Positions 17,316 to 27,200 of a DNA stretch of 54,586 nucleotides are shown here, in pieces. This DNA comes from a virus (lineage: Duplodnaviria; Caudoviricetes). The translations under genes and the position numbers were made by a program. The stretch spans positions 1 to 54,586 of IMG/VR virus record IMGVR_UViG_3300017777_002652; one strand, 5' to 3'. The notes under the pieces were generated by a model. That model made no database searches, was not told where the DNA came from, and saw only the letters and a program-made list of their open reading frames with translations. Each line of letters opens with the position of its first letter. Position 1 is the stretch's first letter.

Positions 17316-18110
17316 TTATTTTTTATTATCCCCTAATGCATCCAACTTCTCTTTCAATTTATAATACCCAGGATTGATAGAAAAGCCTTGATCAGCAAAC
17401 TGGTCTAGATTCTTAATTAAACGATCCGGCCGGTGGAATTTTAATGGATCTGTCATGTAAATAGCAGATGGTGTGTATTTGGTATCAATTAATAAAGCCT
17501 CGTCTTCTTCATAATCAGAAAAAGCCATTATAAACTCAGGATTAAATAAAAAGTTTGCATTCTTTAAACTAACTTCTGCTGTAATTGGAACTAATCCCCG
17601 GTATATTAGCTTTATAATTTTATTTCCATCGGCGACATCATATGCAAATGAATCAGCATGCACCATTTCAGTGCTGAAACTAAGATACCCTGTCGATCCT
17701 TTTGATTGTATTGTAATTTGTGGATTTTCGATTACGTAAGTTTTATAACCGGCTTTAGACAGATTACCGTTATTAATTGCATCAAGTAGCGTGTCAATTC
17801 CTATTGTTGTACCTCTGTAGGCGTGTTTTAATTTCTTTGCTGACATGGACGGATCTAATATCTTTGGAAATTTTGATTTGAGCTTCAGGAGCTTTTCTAA
17901 TATGCTAGTGTCAATGGTTTTCAACACATCTTTAGAGAAGTAGTCACTTAATACTTTAAGTAATTTCTTTTCATCTTCTGTGTTTTCCTCTTCCGGTTTT
18001 GCTATCAGCTTGTCTAGGAATTCTGGATTAATCAGGTTTTCGTCCTCGATATCCGCAAATAGCTTATTGCCGTACTCAAATTCTTTTAATAAATCTTTTA
18101 ACCGTATCAC
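17316..18110 (-). CDS. Putative ADP-ribosyltransferase (R-S-E clade) with MIRLKDLLKE leader; GTG start
   Basis: AYRG...YLSFSTEMVHADSFA...EEDEALL gives the R, SxS and ExE motifs in canonical order. Confidence 0.7.
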   Translation of the reverse strand: MIRLKDLLKEFEYGNKLFADIEDENLINPEFLDKLIAKPEEENTEDEKKLLKVLSDYFSKDVLKTIDTSILEKLLKLKSKFPKILDPSMSAKKLKHAYRGTTIGIDTLLDAINNGNLSKAGYKTYVIENPQITIQSKGSTGYLSFSTEMVHADSFAYDVADGNKIIKLIYRGLVPITAEVSLKNANFLFNPEFIMAFSDYEEDEALLIDTKYTPSAIYMTDPLKFHRPDRLIKNLDQFADQGFSINPGYYKLKEKLDALGDNKK

Positions 18111-18120
18111 TGTGCTTTGT

Positions 18121-20373
18121 TTAAAATTTCATATATCCTAAGATCTGGTTTATCGGTGCGAATGCTCCTGTCAGCTTATATAGTTTGCCTTCGTGCTTAA
18201 ATACCACGCCTTCTGTTGGCATAATTGCATCAAATCCACCTATGTCTTCTAATCTCTTCAGCTGCTGTTTTAGGAAAGCTAGTGGATTTTTCTTAGACTG
18301 CAACTGTCCAGTTTGTGCTGCTTGCTTAATGTCTCTTATTGAGTTTGCCAAGTCTTGTCTAATCTTTCTAACAGATGCATCTGGATTGGCTGCTATGAGT
18401 CCTTCTAGGTTCTTGAGCACCCGTACACCTAGCTGCAAAAACAGTGTTTCTACCGGCTCTAGTGCCTTCTTTTTAGCGGTGCTGTAGTCGGACTTATCAA
18501 ACGACTGTACCCAGCTTGAAAACTCTGGATTATCGATTTTGGCTACTAAGTTTCTGATATTTAGCGACTTATCGGAATCTGCCCATCTGGTAATAAGATT
18601 GCTCAATACCTCTTTAGTGATTGTGTAGTTATACTCCTTTGCTTTGTCCTTGATGAAATCTTCCCACCATGATCTGTTATAATCCCCTACGGTTTGATTG
18701 CCTTTTAGATTATACTCACCTTGGATGCTACCTACCATTTCATCAAAATACCTTCTTTGATTTGCGTAATCACCATCCTGCTTAATAGTTGCCAGGTCTG
18801 TAGCTCTTACTTGGAAGGTCTTTTGCTGAGTTACTTTGTACTGATCTAGTGCCGTCTGTAGTGCACGTATTCCATCAGTATCCTCATCAACGACATTACC
18901 CGCATCATCATATTCTTTGAAGTGGTGCAATCTCAGCTGTGTTACTCCGTAAGGCACTACGTTAGCTGTGTCAGGGTATAAAACCTCAAGTGATATAAAC
19001 CGTTTGCCGTCTTCAAAAAAGTCTTCCTTTTGCTGTGGTGTAAGTTTTCCAATCGCTGCCTGTAAGTCATTCATCGATTCAACAAATGCTGTTTGAATTG
19101 GACCTCTTCCGTCAAACATCTTTCTAACGTCCTCAACACTTAACGATTGCTCTCCTTTATTTTTTAGATGTGTTTTATTTCTTGCAGCTCTCAGTTCCCC
19201 ATCTTTGAAAGTTACCATGATATTTTGACCGTCTAGTTTTTCCTGTGCATACTCCACCTTACCGGACAGAGTTAAGTCAATGATGTTTTTAATGTCATCA
19301 AAGCTAAGCTCCATGTCTTCATATGGATGTACAAGGTGACCAGCAGCCCCTCCTTCATTTAGTGCAATTGGCTTCTTACCGTTTGATTCTACAACATAGT
19401 CGTACTTTTTTAAAATCGGTTCAATGGCCACCTTTACTGCATCCTTTATCTCTTCTCGCATTTTTGGGTTTGTGATTGGACCAAACGCTCCATGAACCAT
19501 TTTACTTACAATATTCTTGATCAGTATCTTCATCTTTTCGTCGAGCTGACGTGGTTGTCTTTTCATAGATTCCGCTACTGTTTTAATTCCTGATATTTGC
19601 ACTCTATCACCTAGCCCTTCCACTACAAAATCACTAGGTGATAAATTTTTATAGTATTTTATGTAGAACTCAACACGACTATCGGTGTCAAGTTGTTCGT
19701 TAATTTTTTTCTTACCCGCATTCCAATTTGCTTTCTTTTTGGATTCTGCTATTTTTTTTGTCAAAATATTCACAATCCTCTTTTGTGCTTCGAATGGTAC
19801 TCCTGGGTAGTTTGACATTATATTTTGTGCATTTTTTTCTGCTACATCCTTTCTTAACGTACTAGCACTAATTCCACCAGTATTACCATCATCTCTTTTA
19901 CTGTAGTTTAGTGGTGATGGATCAGCCGGCAAAAGCACCACTTGCACTCCAGGTGCTAGTTTGCTATGGTATTTACCTTCAGGCTGGTGTTGATCTGTGA
20001 AGGTTTTTACTCTTTCGTAGTCTTTTCCTTTCGAGCTTGCTGCTAACGCATATCCTCCAGGTTGAGCTGTTTCTACATACTCATAAGCTGCTTGGATTGG
20101 GTTATCGGTTTTGATTGGTACAACTTTAATCTTCCCAGTATCTCTTAGTAATTCTTTCCATATGGCGATCGAGTCCTCTCTTGTAAAGCCATCTCTTGGA
20201 GTAGGTCCTATAAGTATTTGCACCTCTTTAACTTCTGGAAGTGCTGCGTATGCTTTTGCTAAGTGCAAGTGCCCTGCATGCGGCGGTTTGAATCCTCCTG
20301 GAAGCAAAACTGTGATGTCTTTAGCCTCCTCTAAGAGCACGGATTCTATTAGATACCTTGTTAGTCTGTTCAT
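18121..20373 (-). CDS. Fusion: HxGH nucleotidyltransferase (cytidylyltransferase/NMNAT-like) plus ligase-like nucleotidyltransferase domain
   Basis: N-terminal PGGFKPPHAGH and ISASTLR; C-terminal GHLVHPYED, EKLDGQN (KxDG), SLEVL, EGVVF, LYKLTG. Confidence 0.75.
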   Translation of the reverse strand: MNRLTRYLIESVLLEEAKDITVLLPGGFKPPHAGHLHLAKAYAALPEVKEVQILIGPTPRDGFTREDSIAIWKELLRDTGKIKVVPIKTDNPIQAAYEYVETAQPGGYALAASSKGKDYERVKTFTDQHQPEGKYHSKLAPGVQVVLLPADPSPLNYSKRDDGNTGGISASTLRKDVAEKNAQNIMSNYPGVPFEAQKRIVNILTKKIAESKKKANWNAGKKKINEQLDTDSRVEFYIKYYKNLSPSDFVVEGLGDRVQISGIKTVAESMKRQPRQLDEKMKILIKNIVSKMVHGAFGPITNPKMREEIKDAVKVAIEPILKKYDYVVESNGKKPIALNEGGAAGHLVHPYEDMELSFDDIKNIIDLTLSGKVEYAQEKLDGQNIMVTFKDGELRAARNKTHLKNKGEQSLSVEDVRKMFDGRGPIQTAFVESMNDLQAAIGKLTPQQKEDFFEDGKRFISLEVLYPDTANVVPYGVTQLRLHHFKEYDDAGNVVDEDTDGIRALQTALDQYKVTQQKTFQVRATDLATIKQDGDYANQRRYFDEMVGSIQGEYNLKGNQTVGDYNRSWWEDFIKDKAKEYNYTITKEVLSNLITRWADSDKSLNIRNLVAKIDNPEFSSWVQSFDKSDYSTAKKKALEPVETLFLQLGVRVLKNLEGLIAANPDASVRKIRQDLANSIRDIKQAAQTGQLQSKKNPLAFLKQQLKRLEDIGGFDAIMPTEGVVFKHEGKLYKLTGAFAPINQILGYMKF

Positions 20374-20866
20374 TTTCTCTATAAATATTATCGATTATTA
20401 TTTTAACGACAGCTAACTGCTGTTCTAAGCTATCAACTCTCTTAATTAGATCCTCTTTACTCCACGATAGATCTACAACTTCGTCTGCTACCAACTTACC
20501 ATTAATTACCGCTGCTGCATCCTTATGCTGTTCCTCCTCAATAGATTGTCCAACGTAAACCTTGCCCATAAATCGCTGTGGATGCAAAACTCGTCTTTCT
20601 ATCTGTGTATTCAGCGGATTGTATGCTATATAGTCTAGTATAAAGAAAACTCGATCTTGCTGCATTAGCTTGTCCGTTTCCGGAGTACCAATTCTGATCA
20701 TGTGCTTTATGTCATGTCGTTTTTCGATTTCTGACACACTCTCCCCTGACCAGTTAGGATAAAAGCTCTTAATCTTTATCTTATTAGATGTTAGCTCGTC
20801 ATTTACTGATATCGGTGATGTGTTTCTCACCGCAAACACACTCTTACCTAGATCTAGATATTTCAT
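20321..20866 (-). CDS. Hypothetical protein
   Basis: Track ORF 20321..20893; likely start ATG 20866 (MKYLDLG), just after the upstream stop; 53-nt 3' overlap with the next gene. Confidence 0.65.
   Translation of the reverse strand: MKYLDLGKSVFAVRNTSPISVNDELTSNKIKIKSFYPNWSGESVSEIEKRHDIKHMIRIGTPETDKLMQQDRVFFILDYIAYNPLNTQIERRVLHPQRFMGKVYVGQSIEEEQHKDAAAVINGKLVADEVVDLSWSKEDLIKRVDSLEQQLAVVKIIIDNIYRENEQTNKVSNRIRALRGG
20380..20387 (-). promoter_or_regulatory. Putative late promoter element TATTTATA
   Basis: 6 nt upstream of ATG 20373, inside the 3' end of the upstream ORF. Confidence 0.55.
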
Positions 20867-20867
20867 A

Positions 20868-23800
20868 TTATAAGCCTCCTGTTGTATATCCACCTGGTGG
20901 TGGTGGTACTGGTATTAAATATATGTTCTCTTCGTAGATATATGATGGTGGTGCTATATAATTTGGATCGGTTGTTGTTCCTACCTGACACACCTCCACA
21001 TCATCTATACATATACCGAAAAACTGATTATTGGACCCACTTGCTTCAAATACCAAACGGCCGTTTTGCCCCCATTGAACAAGAAAGGTTTCATATTGCA
21101 GATAGGTTGATGTTAATGGCAGTGCTGATGATATGTCTGAGTATCTAATCTTAAATATATTATTATCTGAAGGATACCAGCTTGCTATGCCTGGCTGAAG
21201 TGCTGAAGAGGTAGTTGCTCCAATCGCACCAGCTCCAACGTCATATATGTACACATTTAGGACTGCACCATCTCCAGTTGGTTGAAATTGATTTACACCG
21301 TGTAGCGCTGCATAGCTCACTGCTGCTGCTCCAGGACCTGTATCCTTTGTTTGTTGTAATTTGAATCTCACCTTATAAATACCTCCATTCTGTATAAACG
21401 GTGTATACTGTGCTCTTGCTGCAGTTGTTGATCCGGTAGTAGCAGGCCAGTATAGTCTGCTCTGCTTTAGGTGTGTATTTGCTGTTGTTCGCAATATGCT
21501 TGAACCATAACCACCTCCTAACGCATCGAACCTTCTCCACGATTCTGATACCCAGTTCCTTGCTATGCATGCACACTGGTCTTGTGATGATGAATGATAC
21601 CCTTCGACCCAACTAGATGAATGATTCCAGTTGTTTGAGAATGGTCGTAATGTTGTTGTGCCATTCAAGCCACCCGTACCACCAAAGGTTATAGATGGGT
21701 CTGCTACTAGTAGATTAAACTGTGTTGGATCTGATGCGGCAAGCGCCGTGTACGCTGTTGTTGAAAATACACCCTGATAGCTGCCTGTATAATACGATCC
21801 GCTGTACCTTTGATAATTCCATCCCCAATTTTGTGGATAGTTTGCTGTACCCTTTGGTATTGAACCAGATCCATTGATTATATCAACCCAATAATTTGTT
21901 GATATTACTTGGGGGCTTGATTGATAGTCTGGGTTTGGATATCCTCCTGGAAACTGATTCGGTGATGGATCGGCGTAACTAAGATCAATCGGCTTGAAGT
22001 CATAGAATGGTAGCAGCGTTGTAAAGCCAATATCCGGCCAAGCTCCTTCTTGCGATATCATAGTCCTTTGGCATCCTAGTGACGGTAGAGCCTCCAACTC
22101 ATTAACCCTCACATTAGGTATAAAGGTGACGTAATCAGACTGTCTGCCTAAGTAGTCAAAAAATTCAAATTTGAAATCTAAGGATTGGCTTGTTGATGAT
22201 ATGCCACTTGTTGCTCCTACACTAAGCGGCAATGCGTAAGTTAATAGATTCGGCGTAAAGCCAGTATTTGTGGCTGGTGTAATGCTCACTTCACTTATGT
22301 GGAATGCTCCACTCCTTACACGTAGTAGCAGACTACCAATACCCTCTCTATCGCTCTCAAATTCAAAAGAGACTCTGCCATATGTTTTGTACCTACCACT
22401 TCCTTTTGATGCCTTAACTCTACCGAGTAATTTTCCATATCTAGAAAATATGCCTCTTTGTGATGTTTTATCGATATTCTTGCTTGGATCAAATGCTCTA
22501 GGCAATATGCTCAACCCAGATCCAAGCAGCTGCTCTGATGACGCGTATACCTCCAGTGTGCAGTCATTTACGGATGTACCACTACTTTCAAAGTCCGCAG
22601 TTGCTTTTAGCGTTACCCTATATGTCTGGTTTGCTTTGAAAAACTCAGATTGTTTAATCTCAAGTAGTATTGAATCCAAAGTTACGCTGTTTAAGCTTTC
22701 ATATCGCTCTAGATCTAATACATAGCTGTTTAGCTGTGGTACGCTTGATGTGTAGGTTTGTAGGCCAGTTAACACTTCATTTATCGTTGTTCCCGTGTCA
22801 GTCAACAATCTCCAATATGTTTGTACATTGTCTAAAGTCATATTCCCATACCACTTGAAGAACGTACCTTTGTATGGCTTATCATTGAGCGTATTCTCGT
22901 CAACTAGCACTTCAGGAGCTTGTACGATATTATCACCTAGCAGTTCATAATCTCCATACTTACCAGTTTCTTTAATGTATGTTTTGATTCTATAAACATC
23001 CCCAGAAATTGGTGATAAATCCTCCATTGTAAAATAATAGAAGGACTGGGTCACTGTTGTTGATGCTACATATGTTGGTGGTGTTCTGAACACCAAGCTG
23101 GCGGTTGCATTGTTTACTGCTGTGTATCTATGTTTTGTATCTAGTAGTATACCGCCTTTGCCAACAGTACTATAATCAACTGTATACGAATCCCTTAGCA
23201 CAAGCCTATGACTGTCTAATACATCTATAACATCTGAGGTGTATACCTCGTCTGTGTTGATGCTTGTTACAAGTCCAGATGCCGTCGGTGGTAGTTTTGT
23301 ACCTATTTGTGCAATCTCAACCTTAGATCCAATCATATCATCGGTAAATCCTCCGGAATAGTTGTAGATGGTACCATTAGCAAGAGAAATTGACACTGAG
23401 GCTGTTGCTATTGACAAAACGGTATTATATGCTGCTAAATCTGGGTATTGTACTCCGTTGAATATATCTCTACTCTGTACTGCTATTGTTCCATCTACAG
23501 TATTTTGTGTTTGGCTCTGTGGTGATAAATTAATATCAATTGCAACTCGTCTTTGTCCTTGTCTAGGATTAAATATTGCAGTTTGTGTTGGTATGTCAAA
23601 TGTATATTCTTCTGAGTTGCTGCTTCTTAAATTAGTATCCAAAAACACAAATTGAGTGAGGTTAGCTGTACTGGCTGCCGCAAAGGAGCTGGTTGTCCCA
23701 ACTACTTCATTATACGGTAGTACTACCTGAGCAAGCCCAACTCTAGGTGGTCTTTCAAATAGTATCTCAGAATCGTTTCGCTTTGTTGGAGATATAGTTA

Positions 23801-24209
23801 TTTGCCTTGACCACTTTACATTTGGTCGATCTCTCCACACACTTGGCATTGGATTGTTATTTTCATCAACAAGTGCTGTACCAAGCAAAGTAACGCTGCC
23901 AATCCCCCTCACAGCATCATCATATACCCATACACTTATAACAAAGTTGTTGTGTTGATCTACGTAGTTGTTAATTTCTGCGTAGACTGGATTACCTGCA
24001 GCGTCCAGGACTTCAACAAAGACCTCTGAGCCTGGTTTTAGTTTATTTGATGTTCCTAGTAATCTTATAGCATTTTTACCACTTGTAAACTCGGTTGGAT
24101 AGTTATTGATAACAAAGTAGGACGGAGAATTAGCCGACCTATCTGTAATATAGGTCTGCGCTGCTATGAGATTTTCCTTTCCTCTCCTTCTTTTACTTAG
24201 TGTGGCCAT
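20868..24209 (-). CDS. Large virion structural protein (baseplate/tail, beta-rich)
   Basis: 1113 aa; T/S/G/Y-rich; FTSGKNAIRL.G...VEVLDAAGNPVY N-terminus; jelly-roll-like segments. Confidence 0.7.
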   Translation of the reverse strand: MATLSKRRRGKENLIAAQTYITDRSANSPSYFVINNYPTEFTSGKNAIRLLGTSNKLKPGSEVFVEVLDAAGNPVYAEINNYVDQHNNFVISVWVYDDAVRGIGSVTLLGTALVDENNNPMPSVWRDRPNVKWSRQITISPTKRNDSEILFERPPRVGLAQVVLPYNEVVGTTSSFAAASTANLTQFVFLDTNLRSSNSEEYTFDIPTQTAIFNPRQGQRRVAIDINLSPQSQTQNTVDGTIAVQSRDIFNGVQYPDLAAYNTVLSIATASVSISLANGTIYNYSGGFTDDMIGSKVEIAQIGTKLPPTASGLVTSINTDEVYTSDVIDVLDSHRLVLRDSYTVDYSTVGKGGILLDTKHRYTAVNNATASLVFRTPPTYVASTTVTQSFYYFTMEDLSPISGDVYRIKTYIKETGKYGDYELLGDNIVQAPEVLVDENTLNDKPYKGTFFKWYGNMTLDNVQTYWRLLTDTGTTINEVLTGLQTYTSSVPQLNSYVLDLERYESLNSVTLDSILLEIKQSEFFKANQTYRVTLKATADFESSGTSVNDCTLEVYASSEQLLGSGLSILPRAFDPSKNIDKTSQRGIFSRYGKLLGRVKASKGSGRYKTYGRVSFEFESDREGIGSLLLRVRSGAFHISEVSITPATNTGFTPNLLTYALPLSVGATSGISSTSQSLDFKFEFFDYLGRQSDYVTFIPNVRVNELEALPSLGCQRTMISQEGAWPDIGFTTLLPFYDFKPIDLSYADPSPNQFPGGYPNPDYQSSPQVISTNYWVDIINGSGSIPKGTANYPQNWGWNYQRYSGSYYTGSYQGVFSTTAYTALAASDPTQFNLLVADPSITFGGTGGLNGTTTLRPFSNNWNHSSSWVEGYHSSSQDQCACIARNWVSESWRRFDALGGGYGSSILRTTANTHLKQSRLYWPATTGSTTAARAQYTPFIQNGGIYKVRFKLQQTKDTGPGAAAVSYAALHGVNQFQPTGDGAVLNVYIYDVGAGAIGATTSSALQPGIASWYPSDNNIFKIRYSDISSALPLTSTYLQYETFLVQWGQNGRLVFEASGSNNQFFGICIDDVEVCQVGTTTDPNYIAPPSYIYEENIYLIPVPPPPGGYTTGGL

Positions 24210-24213
24210 TACA

Positions 24214-24221
24214 TATAAATA
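24214..24221 (-). promoter_or_regulatory. Putative late promoter element TATTTATA
   Basis: 4 nt upstream of ATG 24209. Confidence 0.55.
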
Positions 24222-24223
24222 TG

Positions 24224-27200
24224 CTAGTTATTAATATAACTCAGCCCTTCTCTGCGATCGATTGTAATTACTTTGTCTACCATATCCCTAACAACATCGA
24301 TGTGTGATATTATTAGTGTGAGAGCGAATAAATCCTTCAAATTTGTAAAGAACATATGCATTGAGTTCAGGTTGGATGAGTCTAAAACTCCTAATCCCTC
24401 ATCTATCGCTATAAAGTCTGGTCTTGGTAAATTGCTTATCTTAATCAGCGCTATCCTAATTGCAAGCGATGCAATAAACTTTTCCATCCCAGATGCTAAT
24501 TCTAATGGCCACTTACGATCTTCGTAATTAATAAATACATTAATATTCTTACCATCTGTTTCCAACTGCAATGTAAAATCACTCACCTGAGCAAGCATTC
24601 CGTTCACGTAAGTCTCAATGTAGGGTACTGCTTTTGATATCAGTTTGTATGGTATTCCATCACGTGAGATCGCTTTAATATAGTAATCATATGCGTAGGC
24701 TTTTTCTGATAGCTCTTGCATGTGTTTAATGCTTTTTTCACAATTTGATATCTCCTTAATTGATACTTGCAAATTAGCATAGCATTCTTGTTGTTGAGCT
24801 GTTAATAATACTACTTCATCAACTTTGAGCTGATACTCTTCTTTTAGCAATGCTATCTCTTCCTTCAGCTGATTGTTGCGTTGGATTGCTTGCTGGTTAC
24901 GGTTATATATATCTTGCTGATCTGCAATGCGGTCTAGCTGCAATTCTGTAGTTGCTATTTTACTCTCTGCACTCACGTATAACTGCTTTTTTTGCTTGAT
25001 GCTGTTTGTGTGTTTATCAACAAGTTGCTTTAAGGTCTTGTAGGAGTCATATCTGGTAGTTATACCCTCATGTGCCTTCGTATACTCTGCCAGTACTGCC
25101 TTTCTTGCCAATATCTCTTGCACTTCGATCTTCTGAGCTTCAAGCGATTCCTTTGTAGCCATTGCATCCTTAACAAACTCATTATTAATACAATACTTGC
25201 AATTAGGGTCATATTCGTGTGTTTCTAGTTTCTTTAATTTATCCAATTTATGCGTTACAGTCTGCCTATGCTCTCTCAGTTCAAGTTCTATTGCTTCTAG
25301 TTTAGATACTTTTTCCGCATACTGCGTGTATGCTAATTCAAGCTGACTACCGTCTTGCTTTTTGTAGTCCTGAAGGTGATTTGTAAGCTCCGACTCCTCC
25401 TGACCAATGTTCGCCTTCATCGCTGCCAACTTACCTTGCTGCGCTGTGAGCTCCTGTAATGTTGCTTTATGTTTTCTAGCCAATTCTGCTGGATCTAGTC
25501 CTGCGCCTTCAATTTGTGCCATTTTACCGGCCAAATCGACAATCTGCACATTTAGATTATCTGCATTAGCTTGCTCTGCTTGCACCTTTGCTGTTATTAT
25601 AGTATACGCTTCTGCTAATATATCTCTTTTCCCTTCCGAGTCGCCGAGCATTGTTTGGAAATCTTGCTTCTCATATTCCTTTAATACCGTTAGCGTAGAC
25701 TTTATATCATCCGAGCATATGTCATATAACTTATCAAACACCTTCAGATCCAAAAAGTTTGCTAGTAGATCTTTTCTCTCACTCTGTGTTTTATCAATAA
25801 AGTTGGAGCTGTTATTTTGCAATGATAGCGCTGTTAGGATAAAATCGTCGAAAGTACCAATAAAGGACTGTATGTTTTTATTTGTATCCCTACGCTGCTC
25901 ACCATTGAGTGATATCTCAGCTCCTGTCTCATCAATGTGCCAGAAATCTACATCTACTTTTTGCTTACCCTTTAGTGGGCCGTACTTATACATTGATGAT
26001 GTACGTTCTATAAAATAGTCTACACCATCGAGCTCAAAATTGAATTTACACCTAAAAGATGTCTTTGTGTTATTTAAGACCTGATCGGCTCGAGCTGCTC
26101 TAAACGACTCATCAAATAAACAAAAACACATAGCATCAAGCAATGCTGATTTTCCAGTATGGTTAGCTGCAAACAATCCATATATACCCTGCTTGTCTGT
26201 GAAGTCAAATATATTATCTTCACCATAGCTAAACATATTTGAAAACTCAAATCGCTTAGGTCTCCATACTATATTTCGAGCATGTTCTGTGTTTTGTAAA
26301 TTACCGTTCAGCTGCTTATTGAGCTTTAATATTATTTCAATTGTTTCATCATCAACATGCTGATCCTCAAAGTACTGAGTTAGTAGCTTGTTTTGATACT
26401 CTACATTCCACACGTCTGCGCTGCTGTATTCTGTAAACTCTGCAAGCATTGCGCTATTCACCTTATCTAATTGCTGTATTGTAACAGGCCTGACTTTATA
26501 CAGCTTACGCAGTGTTGCCATGGCTCTTTTTAGTTCTGCAGGGGTTGTGTTTCTTGTTTTAAGTCTTAGGCTTGTGTTTGCTGTAATATTCAGGTTATCC
26601 ATCTCCAGTTGGCTGGGTAGATTTCCGTCCTCAACATGCACTGTACAATATCCATACGGGTTTTGTATGTCAACAAAATGACTTGTATTATGTTCGAGAT
26701 CCAGTACAGCATAACCGTGGTCTGTGTACGATTCTCCAAAGTTTTGCTGAATCATGGAACCTGGGAAGAACACAAGGGGATCGCTTTGTAGGACCTGCCT
26801 CTTGTGGATATCACCAAGTAGTCCAATATCGTAACCATCAAAAGCCTTTATATCTAATCCAGACGTTAAACGCATTCCGGTATCTGTTTGGGAATTACCT
26901 ACAGTACCATGATACATTGCTATTTTTTTATAGTAAGTTCCTTTTATATCTTCAGCCTTAACATACTTATCAGGTGTATCAAATACAGAAAAGACACTAA
27001 ATAAACAATCTGCCACCTGGTATAAACCTGTGTCCTTCAAATAGTATAGGTTTGGATTATTCAATGCTTTTACAACTGGGCTGATTGCGTCTAATCGATT
27101 CGCGTTGTTTAGATTAGCATCATGATTACCCGCTATAACGATAGTTGGAGCAAGAGATGTCAGCATTGTAAAGAAATCCTGCATTAGTTGCACTAACTCC

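Noticed and set aside
18121-20373. Calling a complete NAD reconstitution (NARP) pathway
   Set aside because: No Nampt/Namat or PRPP-synthetase-like partner in the window, and the substrate of the HxGH domain is unknown.
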